Part shown: positions 1-10,324 of the stretch, piece by piece | Position numbering within the stretch: position 1 is the first letter of the stretch | Layout: each line of letters opens with the position of its first letter | DNA from: a virus | DNA: 64,000 nt | Strand: one strand, 5' to 3' | IMG/VR virus record: IMGVR_UViG_3300020048_000068 | Coordinates: 1-64,000 of that record | Made by a program: the position numbers and the translations under genes | The notes under the pieces: model-generated | The model's database searches: none | What the model was told of the DNA's origin: nothing | What the model saw: only the letters and a program-made list of their open reading frames with translations

Positions 1-75
1 AATTAAACAAATGAAAGATTTAGAAAAAGATGTATTGTTTCCTTTAGAAAATAAACCACATGTTTATTATACATA

Positions 76-264
76 ATGAAAAAATTAATAACAGATATAC
101 TTTGGTCATTTAAAACTGATATAAAATTATTTCCAAACATATTAGATTTATTTAGTGCAATTATAGATGAAATTAAATCATATATAATTAACATTAAATA
201 TTTCTTTCATTGTATTACTGGTGATATTAAATTAATAATAAAACATTATATAAATAATGATTAG
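76..264 (+). CDS. hypothetical protein
   Basis: 62-aa ORF co-oriented with and overlapping the next gene. Confidence 0.45.
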   Translation: MKKLITDILWSFKTDIKLFPNILDLFSAIIDEIKSYIINIKYFFHCITGDIKLIIKHYINND

Positions 265-463
265 TGAAAAACATTTATTAGAAAAAATAACATTACTTAA
301 TAATGAACAAAATGGTTTGTTATCAGAAATTTATTCTAATACAAAATTAATTATGAGTAAAGACTTATATACAATAATACTTCTTAATAGTTTATGTAAA
401 AGATACATAAATGACGAAGAAAAAAAAGAATTATATATTAAATTACTAAGTACAAATAAATGA
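257..463 (+). CDS. hypothetical protein
   Basis: 68-aa ORF with start/stop overlaps to its neighbours. Confidence 0.55.
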   Translation: MISEKHLLEKITLLNNEQNGLLSEIYSNTKLIMSKDLYTIILLNSLCKRYINDEEKKELYIKLLSTNK

Positions 464-933
464 ATAAAAATCAGATAATACCTTGTATTATAGATACTAA
501 TAATGAAATTATTCCAATATGGGATAATAGAATTACATATAAAAAATATAAAGTGTATATAGACAATGGTTATGGATTTCACGAATTTAAAAACTGCATA
601 TACAACATTGAAACAAAACAATTATCTTTAGGAATAGAATTAGATTATTATGACAGATCAAAAATATTTAAAATAGGTAGTCCTGTTTTATATGAAACGG
701 ATGTTTTAAATCGTAAAATTAAAAGAAGTGTTATTACGGATATTATATATGAAGATTTTGATAATTATATTCGTAAAGGTTGTAAAATAGAACAACATTT
801 CTTGATGTGTTTTAACGATGTAATTATAGAACCAACTTCTTTTTATATAATTAAATTATGGAAACCTACTTTTGTTTTATCAGATGGTACTAAAGTAAAT
901 TATGCACATCAATTATATACATTAGAGGAATAA
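460..933 (+). CDS. hypothetical protein
   Basis: 157-aa ORF; its TAA overlaps the ATG of polB. Confidence 0.7.
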   Translation: MNKNQIIPCIIDTNNEIIPIWDNRITYKKYKVYIDNGYGFHEFKNCIYNIETKQLSLGIELDYYDRSKIFKIGSPVLYETDVLNRKIKRSVITDIIYEDFDNYIRKGCKIEQHFLMCFNDVIIEPTSFYIIKLWKPTFVLSDGTKVNYAHQLYTLEE

Positions 934-2075
934 TGGATTGGATAGTTTATGATATTGAAGTATTCATTAACTTCTTTTATATATTATGTAGGAATATAAC
1001 TAAAGGTGTAACCTTTAGTTATGAAATAAGTCCAACCAAAGATGAGAGAAAAGAATTATTAGAATATCTTAATAATACTAATCAATTAATGATTGGATTC
1101 AATAATCTCAAATTTGATTGGCCTTTATTAAATCACTTTGAAGATTTGATGAAGAGATATCCTAATATGTCTATTGATGTTCTTAATAATAACTTAAAGA
1201 AGAAAGCTAATCAACTAATAAAATCCTCTTTTGTACATCCTAATAATAAAATCCTTCAATTAGATTTACTTAAACTTAATCATTACGATAATAAAAATAG
1301 AAGTTGTTCACTCAAGGCTTTAGAATTTGCTATGAGAATGGATAATGTTCAAGAATTACCTTATGAACATACTGCTATATTAACAGAAGATGAGATGAAA
1401 GTAGTTAGAACTTATTGTGGTAATGATATTGAAGCTACTATCAATTTATGTAAGTTAAGTCATCAAAATATACAAGATAGATTTAAATCAAGTTCTGTTT
1501 ATAATACTAATTTACTTAATTATAATGATGCCAAAATTGGTGAATTTATATTAAATAATAAATTAATTATAAATCTTAATAAAGAAAATTTAGGTCAAAC
1601 ATATAGAGATCATATTATTATTAATGATATCATATTTTCATATATAATATTTAATTCAGATGCTTTTAATAACTTACTTTTATATTTTAAAAGTAAAACT
1701 ATTGAAGGAACTAAGAATGTATTTACTGAAATACCATTAGAAGAAATAGAACATTTAAAACCTAATATTAATATTATTAAGTTTAAAAAAATATATCTTA
1801 AAAAACTTAATGTATTATATAAAGATTTTGAATTTACCTATGGAACTGGGGGATTACATGGTGCTGAAAAAGGTATATTTATAAGTGATATTGATTATGT
1901 AATAATGTCATGTGATGTTAGTTCATTATATCCTAATATTGCTATTAGAAATAGATTATATCCTCAACATTTAGGAGAAACCTTTTGTGATATATATGAA
2001 TCTATTTATGAAGAAAGAAAAAAATATCCTAAATCAGATAGTAGAAATGGATTATATAAATTAGCTTTAAACGGT
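933..2075 (+). CDS. polB: Family B DNA polymerase, exon 1 (3'-5' exonuclease, motif A, start of motif B)
   Basis: Exo motifs YDIEVF, GFNNLKFD, YCGND; motif A DVSSLYPN; motif B KLALNG ends at U2075 (381 codons). Confidence 0.9.
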
Positions 2076-3123
2076 GAAAATAGTTTGTATTTAAAGAAAG
2101 TTTTATTATATTGAGTTATATCTATAACTTAAATATAATAAAATATGAAAGGTGTTTACAGTATTATAAATAAAATCAATTTAAAAAAATATATTGGATC
2201 AACTACTGAAAATTTTATCAAAAGATGGAATCTTCATAAATGGGAACTTAAAAATAATAAACACAAAAATAGTCATCTTCAATATGCTTGGAACAAATAT
2301 AAAGAAGAAAATTTTGAATTTATTATTTTAGAAGAATTAGAATCAAATATATTAGAAAAAGAACAATATTATATAGATAAAGAAGATTTTGAAAATTTAT
2401 ATAATATTAATCCTTTTGCAACTGGTGGTAGTCAATTTTCTAAAGAAAGTATAGAAAAACGTAGACAAACTATGTTAAGAAAATATGCTTCAGGAGAATT
2501 AGATCATCTTAAAGAGATTAATAGAAACAAAGAACCTTGGAATAAAGGTAAAAAATATATATCCACAGATCATTTAAAAGTTCCAAAGATAAATAAAGGT
2601 TATAGAGAAAACTTTAAAGAAAATAAAAGAATTAATTTACCAGAAATTGAAGTTTATGATATAAATAATAATTTACTTGGTTGTTGGAGAAGTAGTAAAG
2701 ATTTAGAAGAATGGTCATTAACAGATCATAATAATTTACCTATTATATCAAGATTCAAATCAGAACATAAAGGTAAACCTATTAAATTACTACAATCAGT
2801 AAATATTAATAAAGCAGTAAAAACACAAAAAACATATAAAGGACTTATTTTTAAATATAAATTACGCCCTTCTATAGAGTAATCTATAGATTAGCAATGG
2901 ATGAATTCAGTGAAAGCCTAAGTTGAAAAATATGGTAATACTGAGCCAAGCATTAGTCTAAAAGTCTAATGAAGGTGCAACGACTAACTCTTGAAACTAC
3001 TAAGGTAGAATATAATAGAGACACGAGCGTCCATTACCCAAAATAATTGGGTAAAGATATAGTCTGAGCTATATAGAAATATATAGAATCAAGTAATAAA
3101 TAGTACTTGAGATAACAACACTG
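2076..3123 (+). ncRNA. Group I intron in polB (IA-like, with P7.1/7.2 extension)
   Basis: Exon ends in U and intron ends in G. Splicing restores KLALNG|AYGKS in frame. P3 aatggatg/cgtccatt, R gcaacgactaac, S aagatatagtctg, P8 acccaa..ttgggt, P9 hairpins. Confidence 0.88.
2145..2882 (+). CDS. Intron-encoded GIY-YIG homing endonuclease
   Basis: GVY..YIGST, RW..H, H.N.HLQ.AWNKY, E..YI, LYN motifs; PWNKG NUMOD-like segment; lies inside the polB intron. Confidence 0.9.
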   Translation: MKGVYSIINKINLKKYIGSTTENFIKRWNLHKWELKNNKHKNSHLQYAWNKYKEENFEFIILEELESNILEKEQYYIDKEDFENLYNINPFATGGSQFSKESIEKRRQTMLRKYASGELDHLKEINRNKEPWNKGKKYISTDHLKVPKINKGYRENFKENKRINLPEIEVYDINNNLLGCWRSSKDLEEWSLTDHNNLPIISRFKSEHKGKPIKLLQSVNINKAVKTQKTYKGLIFKYKLRPSIE

Positions 3124-3867
3124 GCATATGGAAAATCTAATTCTACTCATTCTATATTATATGATCCACAATTTACAATGTCAATTACCCTTAATGGACA
3201 GTTACTTCTTAGTATGTTATCTGAACAATTAATGGAAATAGAAAATAGTAAATTATTAATGATAAACACTGATGGATTAGAATTACTTATTCATAGATCA
3301 GAAATAGATCATTATTATTCTATATGTAAAGAATGGGAAAGACTTACAAATCTTAATCTTGAATATGCTATTTATGATAAATTAATTATTGCAAATTGTA
3401 ACAATTATATAGGAATATTTGATGATGGTAAAATCAAAAAGAAAGGTGCATATACTACTCATCCTGAATTACATAAGAATCATAGTAAACTAATAGTTCC
3501 TAAAGCAGTAGAAGCATTCTATTTATATAATACTCCTGTTGAAGAATTTATACGAAATCATACAGATATATTTGACTTCTTTTTAAGAACTAAACTCAAT
3601 AAAGATTCAAGTTTAATTGGTATAGGTAATGATGAAATTATTGAATTACCGAGACTTACAAGATATTTAGTAACTAATACTGGATATACTCTTATCAAGT
3701 TAATGAGTGAAGATAGAAGATTTAATATTGAGAAAGATTATCTATGTACACCTTGTAATTATTTAAATGAACAAATCAAAAAAGATTTATTTACAAATAT
3801 CAATTATGAATTTTACATTGATAAAGCTAATAAACTATTAATAGGAGAAGATGTAGAAGATGACTAA
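3124..3867 (+). CDS. polB: Family B DNA polymerase, exon 2
   Basis: AYGKS, YDPQ, ITLNGQL, motif C NTDG, NNY, KKKG; spliced product about 628 aa. Confidence 0.9.
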   Translation, partial: AYGKSNSTHSILYDPQFTMSITLNGQLLLSMLSEQLMEIENSKLLMINTDGLELLIHRSEIDHYYSICKEWERLTNLNLEYAIYDKLIIANCNNYIGIFDDGKIKKKGAYTTHPELHKNHSKLIVPKAVEAFYLYNTPVEEFIRNHTDIFDFFLRTKLNKDSSLIGIGNDEIIELPRLTRYLVTNTGYTLIKLMSEDRRFNIEKDYLCTPCNYLNEQIKKDLFTNINYEFYIDKANKLLIGEDVEDD

Positions 3868-4987
3868 AAATCAAATACAAAAACAAATAGTAACTGATAT
3901 TATAACTTCTAAGTCAGATTATAATCTTCTATTACTTCCTACGGGGGTGGGAAAGTCAAAATGTGCTATTGATTATATTAAACAAAGATTTGAATGTTTT
4001 TCTTTTATTAAAATATTAATAGTTGTACCAACAGAACAATTAAGAGATATTGATTGGCCTAATGAATTAAAAAAATGGGAAATATCTTCTGATTTAACTA
4101 TTGAATTAATCTGCTATGCTTCTATATCTAAAATAAAAGATCAAGAATTTGATTTAGTTGTGTTTGATGAGCTGCATAAAATCAGTGAACTTAATTCCTC
4201 TTTCTTAGAAAATAATACTATACATAAAGCACTTGGGTTGACAGCAACTTATCCAAGAGATAAGATGAAACAATATTTATTAGATGTATATAAGTTTAAT
4301 ATTGTTACTAATATGTCTTTAGATGAAGCTGTTAGTAAAGGTTTAGTAGCTCCTTATGAAATTAAAATAATACCTGTTGAATTAGATAGAGTAACTAAGA
4401 ATGTACAAGGTGGTAATAAGTTTAAACCATTTATGACTACTGAATACAATCAATATCAATATCTAACAAGAGTAATTAATGAAATAGCTACACAAATTGC
4501 ATTATCTCACCATACTCATCCAGGATTAAGAACAAGATTAAAACATTTACGTCTACAAAGAGCAAGATTTCTTGGTACATGTGAAAGTAAACTTAAAGCT
4601 GCTATGTCATTGTATTTAAAGCATATGTATGTTAATCACGAAAGAACATTAATCTTTTGTAATTCTATTGATAGTGCAAGATTAATGTGTGCTAATACTT
4701 ACCATTCTAAAACAAATAGTGATTCATTAAATGCTTTTAGAGAAGGTAAAATTGATACTTTATCTTGTGTTAATGCTCTTAATGAAGGTGTTAATTTAAA
4801 CGATGTTGATAATGCTATTATTATTCAAGTTAATACTAGTGATTTAGTTCTTATTCAAAAGATAGGTAGAACACTTCGTTTAAGTGATGACAAGAATAAA
4901 ATAAGTAAAATTTATATCTTATGTATGCAAGATACTATTGATGTAGAATGGGTTAATGATGTAACTAAAAACTTAAATGTTATATGA
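3860..4987 (+). CDS. Superfamily 2 (DExH) helicase
   Basis: LPTGVGKS, VVPT, DELH, GLTAT, LNEGVN, QKIGRTLR. Confidence 0.9.
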   Translation: MTKNQIQKQIVTDIITSKSDYNLLLLPTGVGKSKCAIDYIKQRFECFSFIKILIVVPTEQLRDIDWPNELKKWEISSDLTIELICYASISKIKDQEFDLVVFDELHKISELNSSFLENNTIHKALGLTATYPRDKMKQYLLDVYKFNIVTNMSLDEAVSKGLVAPYEIKIIPVELDRVTKNVQGGNKFKPFMTTEYNQYQYLTRVINEIATQIALSHHTHPGLRTRLKHLRLQRARFLGTCESKLKAAMSLYLKHMYVNHERTLIFCNSIDSARLMCANTYHSKTNSDSLNAFREGKIDTLSCVNALNEGVNLNDVDNAIIIQVNTSDLVLIQKIGRTLRLSDDKNKISKIYILCMQDTIDVEWVNDVTKNLNVI

Positions 4988-5721
4988 AAATAGGCGATAA
5001 ATATGAAGGTGGAATCATCTTCTTGATATCAACAGATGGAAAGGAAGTGCTAGTTGCAGAAGATTTTGATAGAAAGGGGTTGTATACGTGGAATGATGCT
5101 ATGATCTTTACAAATGAAGATTGCGACTGGTATTTACCGAACAAGGAGGAGTTAAATCAGCTCTATCTTCAGAGAGGTGTTGTTGGCTGTTTTGTTTACG
5201 GCTTCTACTGGAGTTCTACGGAGGTCGGTGCGGATAGCGCATGGCGCCAGGGTTTCTACAGTGGGAGCCAGAACTGGAGCAGTAAGGCGTACGGTAGGTG
5301 GGTTCGTTTAATAAAAAGAGTTAAATTAAATATGAAAAAGAAAGTCGAAAAATATGTTGCAGTTAGTAGTTTAGAAGTTGGTGACATTGTCAAGCTAAAT
5401 AATTGTTACAAATATGAAGTGGTTTATGTGTCTGGTAAACAGTTTGTATATAAACAAGAAGACGGGTTTATTAGAACAGCAGAATTTAGATCTGAAAATT
5501 TTCTAAAATTAGTATATGAAGAAGTTCCCATTTTAGTTGATGGCGTAGAAGCACTAAAGGCGTATAGAGACAATAAAAAAATTAAAATTAAAAATGAAAA
5601 AGGCACTTTTCTATATTATATAGATTATGATGGCCGTAGAAATTGTCAAACATCACCGTGTACTTATGATCATAAATTAATGCCAGACTTTACACAAAAT
5701 GATTGGGAGATTCTTGAATGA
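4984..5721 (+). CDS. DUF1566/Lcl-type C-type-lectin-fold protein fused to a second domain
   Basis: W.DA, DWYLPNKEEL, YWSSTE, AW, VRLIK motifs; second in-frame Met at 5332. Confidence 0.75.
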   Translation: MKIGDKYEGGIIFLISTDGKEVLVAEDFDRKGLYTWNDAMIFTNEDCDWYLPNKEELNQLYLQRGVVGCFVYGFYWSSTEVGADSAWRQGFYSGSQNWSSKAYGRWVRLIKRVKLNMKKKVEKYVAVSSLEVGDIVKLNNCYKYEVVYVSGKQFVYKQEDGFIRTAEFRSENFLKLVYEEVPILVDGVEALKAYRDNKKIKIKNEKGTFLYYIDYDGRRNCQTSPCTYDHKLMPDFTQNDWEILE

Positions 5722-5882
5722 CAGTAACATGGGATATCTTTTATCTAATCAAAGCTAAAATCGAAGAAGGTTCATTTGTTGTTCGTAATTATGTTGGGGA
5801 TAATGTTGAAGATGCTTTTAAGTTAGGTATAAATTATACAAATAAATTAATTGAATATATGAATAATACAGATTGTGAATGA
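5718..5882 (+). CDS. small hypothetical protein (54 aa)
   Basis: ATG overlaps the upstream TGA; fills the gap to the next gene. Confidence 0.45.
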   Translation: MTVTWDIFYLIKAKIEEGSFVVRNYVGDNVEDAFKLGINYTNKLIEYMNNTDCE

Positions 5883-6423
5883 AAAGAAAATAAATGATAG
5901 GATATATGAAATCTTTGAAGACCAGAATATAGGTGTTAATTCTGGTCTTCTCTGTTTATTAGGTATATATTATAATGTAGACTATGAAGCTATATATGAT
6001 GCTTGTCCGTTAATACAAGTAACAGTTAAACAACTAAATGCTTCAGGTATATTTGAATATGATGTAAAGAATGAAAATATTATCTGGTATACACCCTTAT
6101 TTGAAAATCAAATTATTCAAGATAATTGGAGCTGGTTATATGATTATCAAAAGCTATTTAGGGATATAAGAAAAGATACTGCGGGTACTTATGATATGGT
6201 TAAGAAGAAGATGATTAAGTTCTTTATTGAAAACCCTAGTGTAAGAAGTGATGAAGTTATAGCCGCTACTAAAGCATATATTGATACTATTAATGATGCT
6301 AAATATCTACAAAGAGCAGATTATTTTATTAAAAAGAATGGGCCTGATGGTCAAAGCAGATTGAAAGAATTTCTTGAAATGAATAAATCTGAACCAACTA
6401 TTAAAACTTTTGATATGATGTAA
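5875..6423 (+). CDS. hypothetical replication-region protein (possible helicase loader)
   Basis: 182 aa, upstream of DnaB; function inferred from position only. Confidence 0.55.
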   Translation: MNEKKINDRIYEIFEDQNIGVNSGLLCLLGIYYNVDYEAIYDACPLIQVTVKQLNASGIFEYDVKNENIIWYTPLFENQIIQDNWSWLYDYQKLFRDIRKDTAGTYDMVKKKMIKFFIENPSVRSDEVIAATKAYIDTINDAKYLQRADYFIKKNGPDGQSRLKEFLEMNKSEPTIKTFDMM

Positions 6424-6588
6424 ATGAAAGCTTATGGAGTACATTATATAAACAAGAAAATTGTTCATCTTTGGGATGGATTGTTACCTAAGAATTTTAC
6501 TAAAATTATTAAAGGTAAAAAAGTCTGGAAACATAAAGCAAGATAATTATCTAAACTTCAAATAAGAAAAGAATTAAATGATTTATAA
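6424..6588 (+). pseudogene. small basic ORF interrupted by an in-frame TAA
   Basis: MKAYG...KHKAR*(6544-6546)LSKLQIRKELNDL* in one frame, abutting both neighbours. Confidence 0.3.
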
Positions 6589-6970
6589 TATAGAAGAAGA
6601 ATTAGAAAAGAATCCTTATCATGTTACAAGTGAAGTATCTAAATTATTTGGTTTAAAGAAAACCAAAAAAGGATATTGTGGTTTATTTCACAAAGGATTA
6701 TTTGATGAATTACATGATTATGATACAGGTATTCTTTGGGTAAGTATATATACCTCATTTTTTGATAAAAAATACTCAGTTAGATTTTATATTGGTAATG
6801 TAGATGATGGTGATTGGGGAGCTTGGAGTAAAAATAAATCTAAAGAAGAGTGTGATAAAACTGTTGAAAAGTTATATACATGCTTAGAACATGTACATAC
6901 TTTACTAACAGAATCTGATTTAAATAAAATTCTAAATACTTGTGGATTACATGGGTTATATGAAGGATAA
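6578..6970 (+). CDS. hypothetical protein
   Basis: 130-aa ORF in operon-like array. Confidence 0.65.
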   Translation: MIYNIEEELEKNPYHVTSEVSKLFGLKKTKKGYCGLFHKGLFDELHDYDTGILWVSIYTSFFDKKYSVRFYIGNVDDGDWGAWSKNKSKEECDKTVEKLYTCLEHVHTLLTESDLNKILNTCGLHGLYEG

Positions 6971-7145
6971 TATTACTCTAAAAGAATTAATTCAATTACA
7001 TCAGGTTGCGAGTGTTATGTTTGTAAAGCCTAGTACGTGGGATATTTTTGATATCCCAGAAGAATTATTAATTGCTTGGAAAAAATTTATTAAAGAAAGA
7101 AATGAATATGATAAGATTCTTAAAAAATATAATTTTAATTTATGA
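6942..7145 (+). CDS. hypothetical protein (start possibly at 6960)
   Basis: 67-aa ORF overlapping its neighbours. Confidence 0.5.
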   Translation: MDYMGYMKDNITLKELIQLHQVASVMFVKPSTWDIFDIPEELLIAWKKFIKERNEYDKILKKYNFNL

Positions 7146-8239
7146 ATTTTAAACAAAGATTTCTCGAAGGTCAAGCTGGTAAGAATATAGGATTAACTAC
7201 AGGATTACATAAATTAGATTTAGCTATTGATGGTATTCAAAAGAAAAGTATAATCACAATTGCCTCTGAACCAAAATGTGGTAAGACAACTTTTGTAGAC
7301 TTTTGTTTTCTTCTTAAACCTTATGAAGAAATGATAGTAAAAGGTAAGTCTAATGTTCATTGGATATATTATTCATTAGAAATAAGTAGAATCGAAAAAG
7401 AATTTAAGTTTGCTGCTTATTTTATGTATGAATTATTTGGTATTAGTAGTTTTAATCATAAAGGTAAAGAATATCAGATGTCACCAAGATATCTATCTGG
7501 TAGATTAAAAGATGAAAATGATGTTATTATTCCTATTCAAGCAAGTCATAATGAGAAACTTTTTAAAATTTATAATGAAAAATTAATTCCATTATTTGGT
7601 GAATATGATGATAAAGGTAATAGAATCAAAGAAGGTGTAATTGATTTTATTGAAGAATCTTCTAATCCAACCGGTATTCAAAAGTATATTTATAACTATG
7701 CACAAAACAACGGTAAATTAATTCATCAAGATTATACTATTAAAGAGAATGGTGTAGATGTAATTAAGAAAAGAGTATGTGGTTATAAACCTGATGATCC
7801 TGAAAAGATGGTAATATTTATACTCGATCATGCAAGAAGACTTCAAAGACAACAAGGTTTCTCTATGAAAGAAAATATAGATAAAATGTCATCATATGAA
7901 GTTGAAATGAAAAACTTATTTGGTTATACTTTTGTTAATGTAATTCATCTTAATAGAAACATTGCTTCTGTAGAAAGAATGAAGTTTAATAAAGAAACTA
8001 TATATCCTACAGCAGAAGACATTAAGGATAGCGGCAACTTTGGTGAAGATTGTACAACTTTGATTACACTTTTTAATCCTAAAGATGAAAAATACAATCT
8101 TGATAGACATTTTGGTGTAGATATTAGTCAATATCCTAATTATAGAAGTATTCATCTTGTATATAGTAGAGATACTGAATGTCCTAAACATCTACAAACA
8201 CAAATGTTTGGTAATGTAAATTATTTTAAACAAATATAG
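7142..8239 (+). CDS. dnaB: DnaB-like replicative helicase (SF4)
   Basis: TTGLHKLD..IDG, Walker A SEPKCGKT, YSLEIS, ILDH, HLNR, DIKDSG. Confidence 0.85.
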   Translation: MNFKQRFLEGQAGKNIGLTTGLHKLDLAIDGIQKKSIITIASEPKCGKTTFVDFCFLLKPYEEMIVKGKSNVHWIYYSLEISRIEKEFKFAAYFMYELFGISSFNHKGKEYQMSPRYLSGRLKDENDVIIPIQASHNEKLFKIYNEKLIPLFGEYDDKGNRIKEGVIDFIEESSNPTGIQKYIYNYAQNNGKLIHQDYTIKENGVDVIKKRVCGYKPDDPEKMVIFILDHARRLQRQQGFSMKENIDKMSSYEVEMKNLFGYTFVNVIHLNRNIASVERMKFNKETIYPTAEDIKDSGNFGEDCTTLITLFNPKDEKYNLDRHFGVDISQYPNYRSIHLVYSRDTECPKHLQTQMFGNVNYFKQI

Positions 8240-8494
8240 ATGTATATTAAAGTTACAAGAATAAATAAAAAGTGGCACGCACGACTTATAGAAACTAATG
8301 TTATTCTTGATGAAATGGCATGTATATGTAAAGAAGATATTGGTTGGATTTGTAGAGAAATATTAACATGGCAAGATAAATGTGGTAATTCTAATTCTTG
8401 GACATCTTCAGCAAGATTAAGGCATAATAAAGAAAGACGAAAAGATATTGTATTTTATAACAAAAAACTTATTAAGAAAAAGATAAATGGGTAA
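8240..8494 (+). CDS. hypothetical protein
   Basis: 84-aa ORF directly after dnaB. Confidence 0.6.
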   Translation: MYIKVTRINKKWHARLIETNVILDEMACICKEDIGWICREILTWQDKCGNSNSWTSSARLRHNKERRKDIVFYNKKLIKKKING

Positions 8495-8521
8495 TGTAAT
8501 TATTGTAGTAGGAAAAAATAA

Positions 8522-9250
8522 ATGAATCTTCCAACTAAAAAAAGTAAACCTATAGAACAAAATCCTAAATTTCTAATTCTATTTGGAAAGCCTAAATGTG
8601 GTAAATCAACTATTGGAGCAGCATTAGATAACGCTTTACATATTGATCTTGAAAACGGAACTGATTATTTAGAATGTGCATCTGTAAAAATAAATTCTTT
8701 AATGGATTTAAAAGATTTAAAAGATTCACTTGTAAAAGCTAATGAAGAAAAAAAAGATTTTATGTATACTTATGGAGTATTAGATACAGCTACTAAATTA
8801 GAAGATGTTGTACTACCATTAGCAACAAAACTCTATAATCAAACACCGATGGGTAAAACTTTTACTGGTGATGTAAGAAATTTACCTAACGGAGCAGGAT
8901 GGTTATATGTAAGAGAAGCGTATAAATCAATTATTGATGATTTTAAATCTTTATTTAAGTATTTTATTCTATTAGGTCACACTAAAGATAAAACTATCAA
9001 CAAACAAGGTAAAGAATTATCTGAGAATACTATAGATTTAACAGGTAAACTTGAAAGAATCATTAGTGCTGATGCTGATGCTCTTGGTTATGTATATAGA
9101 TTTGAAAATAAAACAATGATTAATTTTAATGGTGATAGTGATTTTGTTGTTGAAGCAAGACCATTACATATTAGAGGAAAAGAAATTGTTATTGCAGAAA
9201 GTAATGAAAAAGGTGAATTAACTTATTATTGGGATAAAATATTTAAATAA
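8522..9250 (+). CDS. AAA_24/Sak4-like P-loop ATPase
   Basis: ILFGKPKCGKS, IDLENG, VLDT, LLGH motifs. Confidence 0.85.
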   Translation: MNLPTKKSKPIEQNPKFLILFGKPKCGKSTIGAALDNALHIDLENGTDYLECASVKINSLMDLKDLKDSLVKANEEKKDFMYTYGVLDTATKLEDVVLPLATKLYNQTPMGKTFTGDVRNLPNGAGWLYVREAYKSIIDDFKSLFKYFILLGHTKDKTINKQGKELSENTIDLTGKLERIISADADALGYVYRFENKTMINFNGDSDFVVEARPLHIRGKEIVIAESNEKGELTYYWDKIFK

Positions 9251-9251
9251 A

Positions 9252-9590
9252 ATGACAGAAAAGAAGAAAATTAATTTGAGCAATATTATTACAATGCTCA
9301 ATAAAGGCGTGACAAGGGAAGGTATTCAAGAATATTATTCTCTTGATAAAAGAGAAATGAAAAATTTGTTTGCTCATCCTAAAATTAAAGGATTGAGAGC
9401 AAGAAAAGCTAATTCATTTGAAATTATAGATGATCTTGATTTTAACCCTATTACAGGTGAAGTACAAAATGATCCTACTAATGGTAAAAACACAGAAGTA
9501 TCTTTAAATCCATATATTAATGCTCTTACTGAACCAATTAATGTAAATCAGCAAATTTTGTTTCCAGAAATGGAAGAAGTTAATAACTAA
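9252..9590 (+). CDS. hypothetical protein
   Basis: 112-aa ORF in replication cluster. Confidence 0.65.
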   Translation: MTEKKKINLSNIITMLNKGVTREGIQEYYSLDKREMKNLFAHPKIKGLRARKANSFEIIDDLDFNPITGEVQNDPTNGKNTEVSLNPYINALTEPINVNQQILFPEMEEVNN

Positions 9591-9614
9591 TAAATAATTA
9601 ATAAATATAATATT

Positions 9615-10304
9615 ATGATTTTTACAACAGATGAAGTTAAGCCAAAAAGTAATAGACATTTTGGTTTGAATAAAGGTAATATTACAAAGATTGAATGGGT
9701 TAATGACCCAGTAGATGCTCTAAAAATTGAATTTCTAATTGAGGGTGATGCTAATCCTATTTTCTATACTGTATTTCCAATAAATAAATTGTTTGATAAG
9801 AATGGTGAACTTTCTGAAGGTACACCTGAATATACAGAAGCACTAAAGAAAGCAGAAAGTGAACTTGCTGGACTTCTTGTACACATTTTCAAACCACTTG
9901 TATCTATTGAGAAGATTAAAGAAGCAATTGGCACCAAAGACGTAGGATTTAATGAATTTGTAAAAATTCTAACTACTATTCTACCTAAGAACTATACTAC
10001 TATTGCCCTTGATATCTTCTTGCAGTATCAATGGAATCTCAAAGAAGGCAAAGAAGTAACTTTCCTCGAAGTACCAAGAGCAATTAAACATGGTGCTTTT
10101 ATTACTACGCATCAGACAGGTGAATGGAAGAAAATTGATGGTGAATCATTGAGGTATACTGATGCAGCAAACAATATTCATCCTTTTGTTAGAAGTGATT
10201 GGTTTATGAAGAGTAATTTTGCTAAACAACAGAAGTCAGCATTTAGTTCTTTAGGTTTGGGTGAAACAGCTCTACCTGAAGTACCAACTAATATTATTTG
10301 GTAA
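9615..10304 (+). CDS. putative ssDNA-binding protein
   Basis: 229 aa between Sak4-like ATPase and primase, low-complexity tail ending in Trp; function inferred from context. Confidence 0.45.
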   Translation: MIFTTDEVKPKSNRHFGLNKGNITKIEWVNDPVDALKIEFLIEGDANPIFYTVFPINKLFDKNGELSEGTPEYTEALKKAESELAGLLVHIFKPLVSIEKIKEAIGTKDVGFNEFVKILTTILPKNYTTIALDIFLQYQWNLKEGKEVTFLEVPRAIKHGAFITTHQTGEWKKIDGESLRYTDAANNIHPFVRSDWFMKSNFAKQQKSAFSSLGLGETALPEVPTNIIW

Positions 10305-10324
10305 AAAATTAACTTAGTAAAAAC

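Noticed and set aside
2076-2114. polB ORF tail ENSLYLKKVLLY* and a separate gene start at 3178
   Set aside because: Read-through into the intron and an internal Met of exon 2; not real termini.
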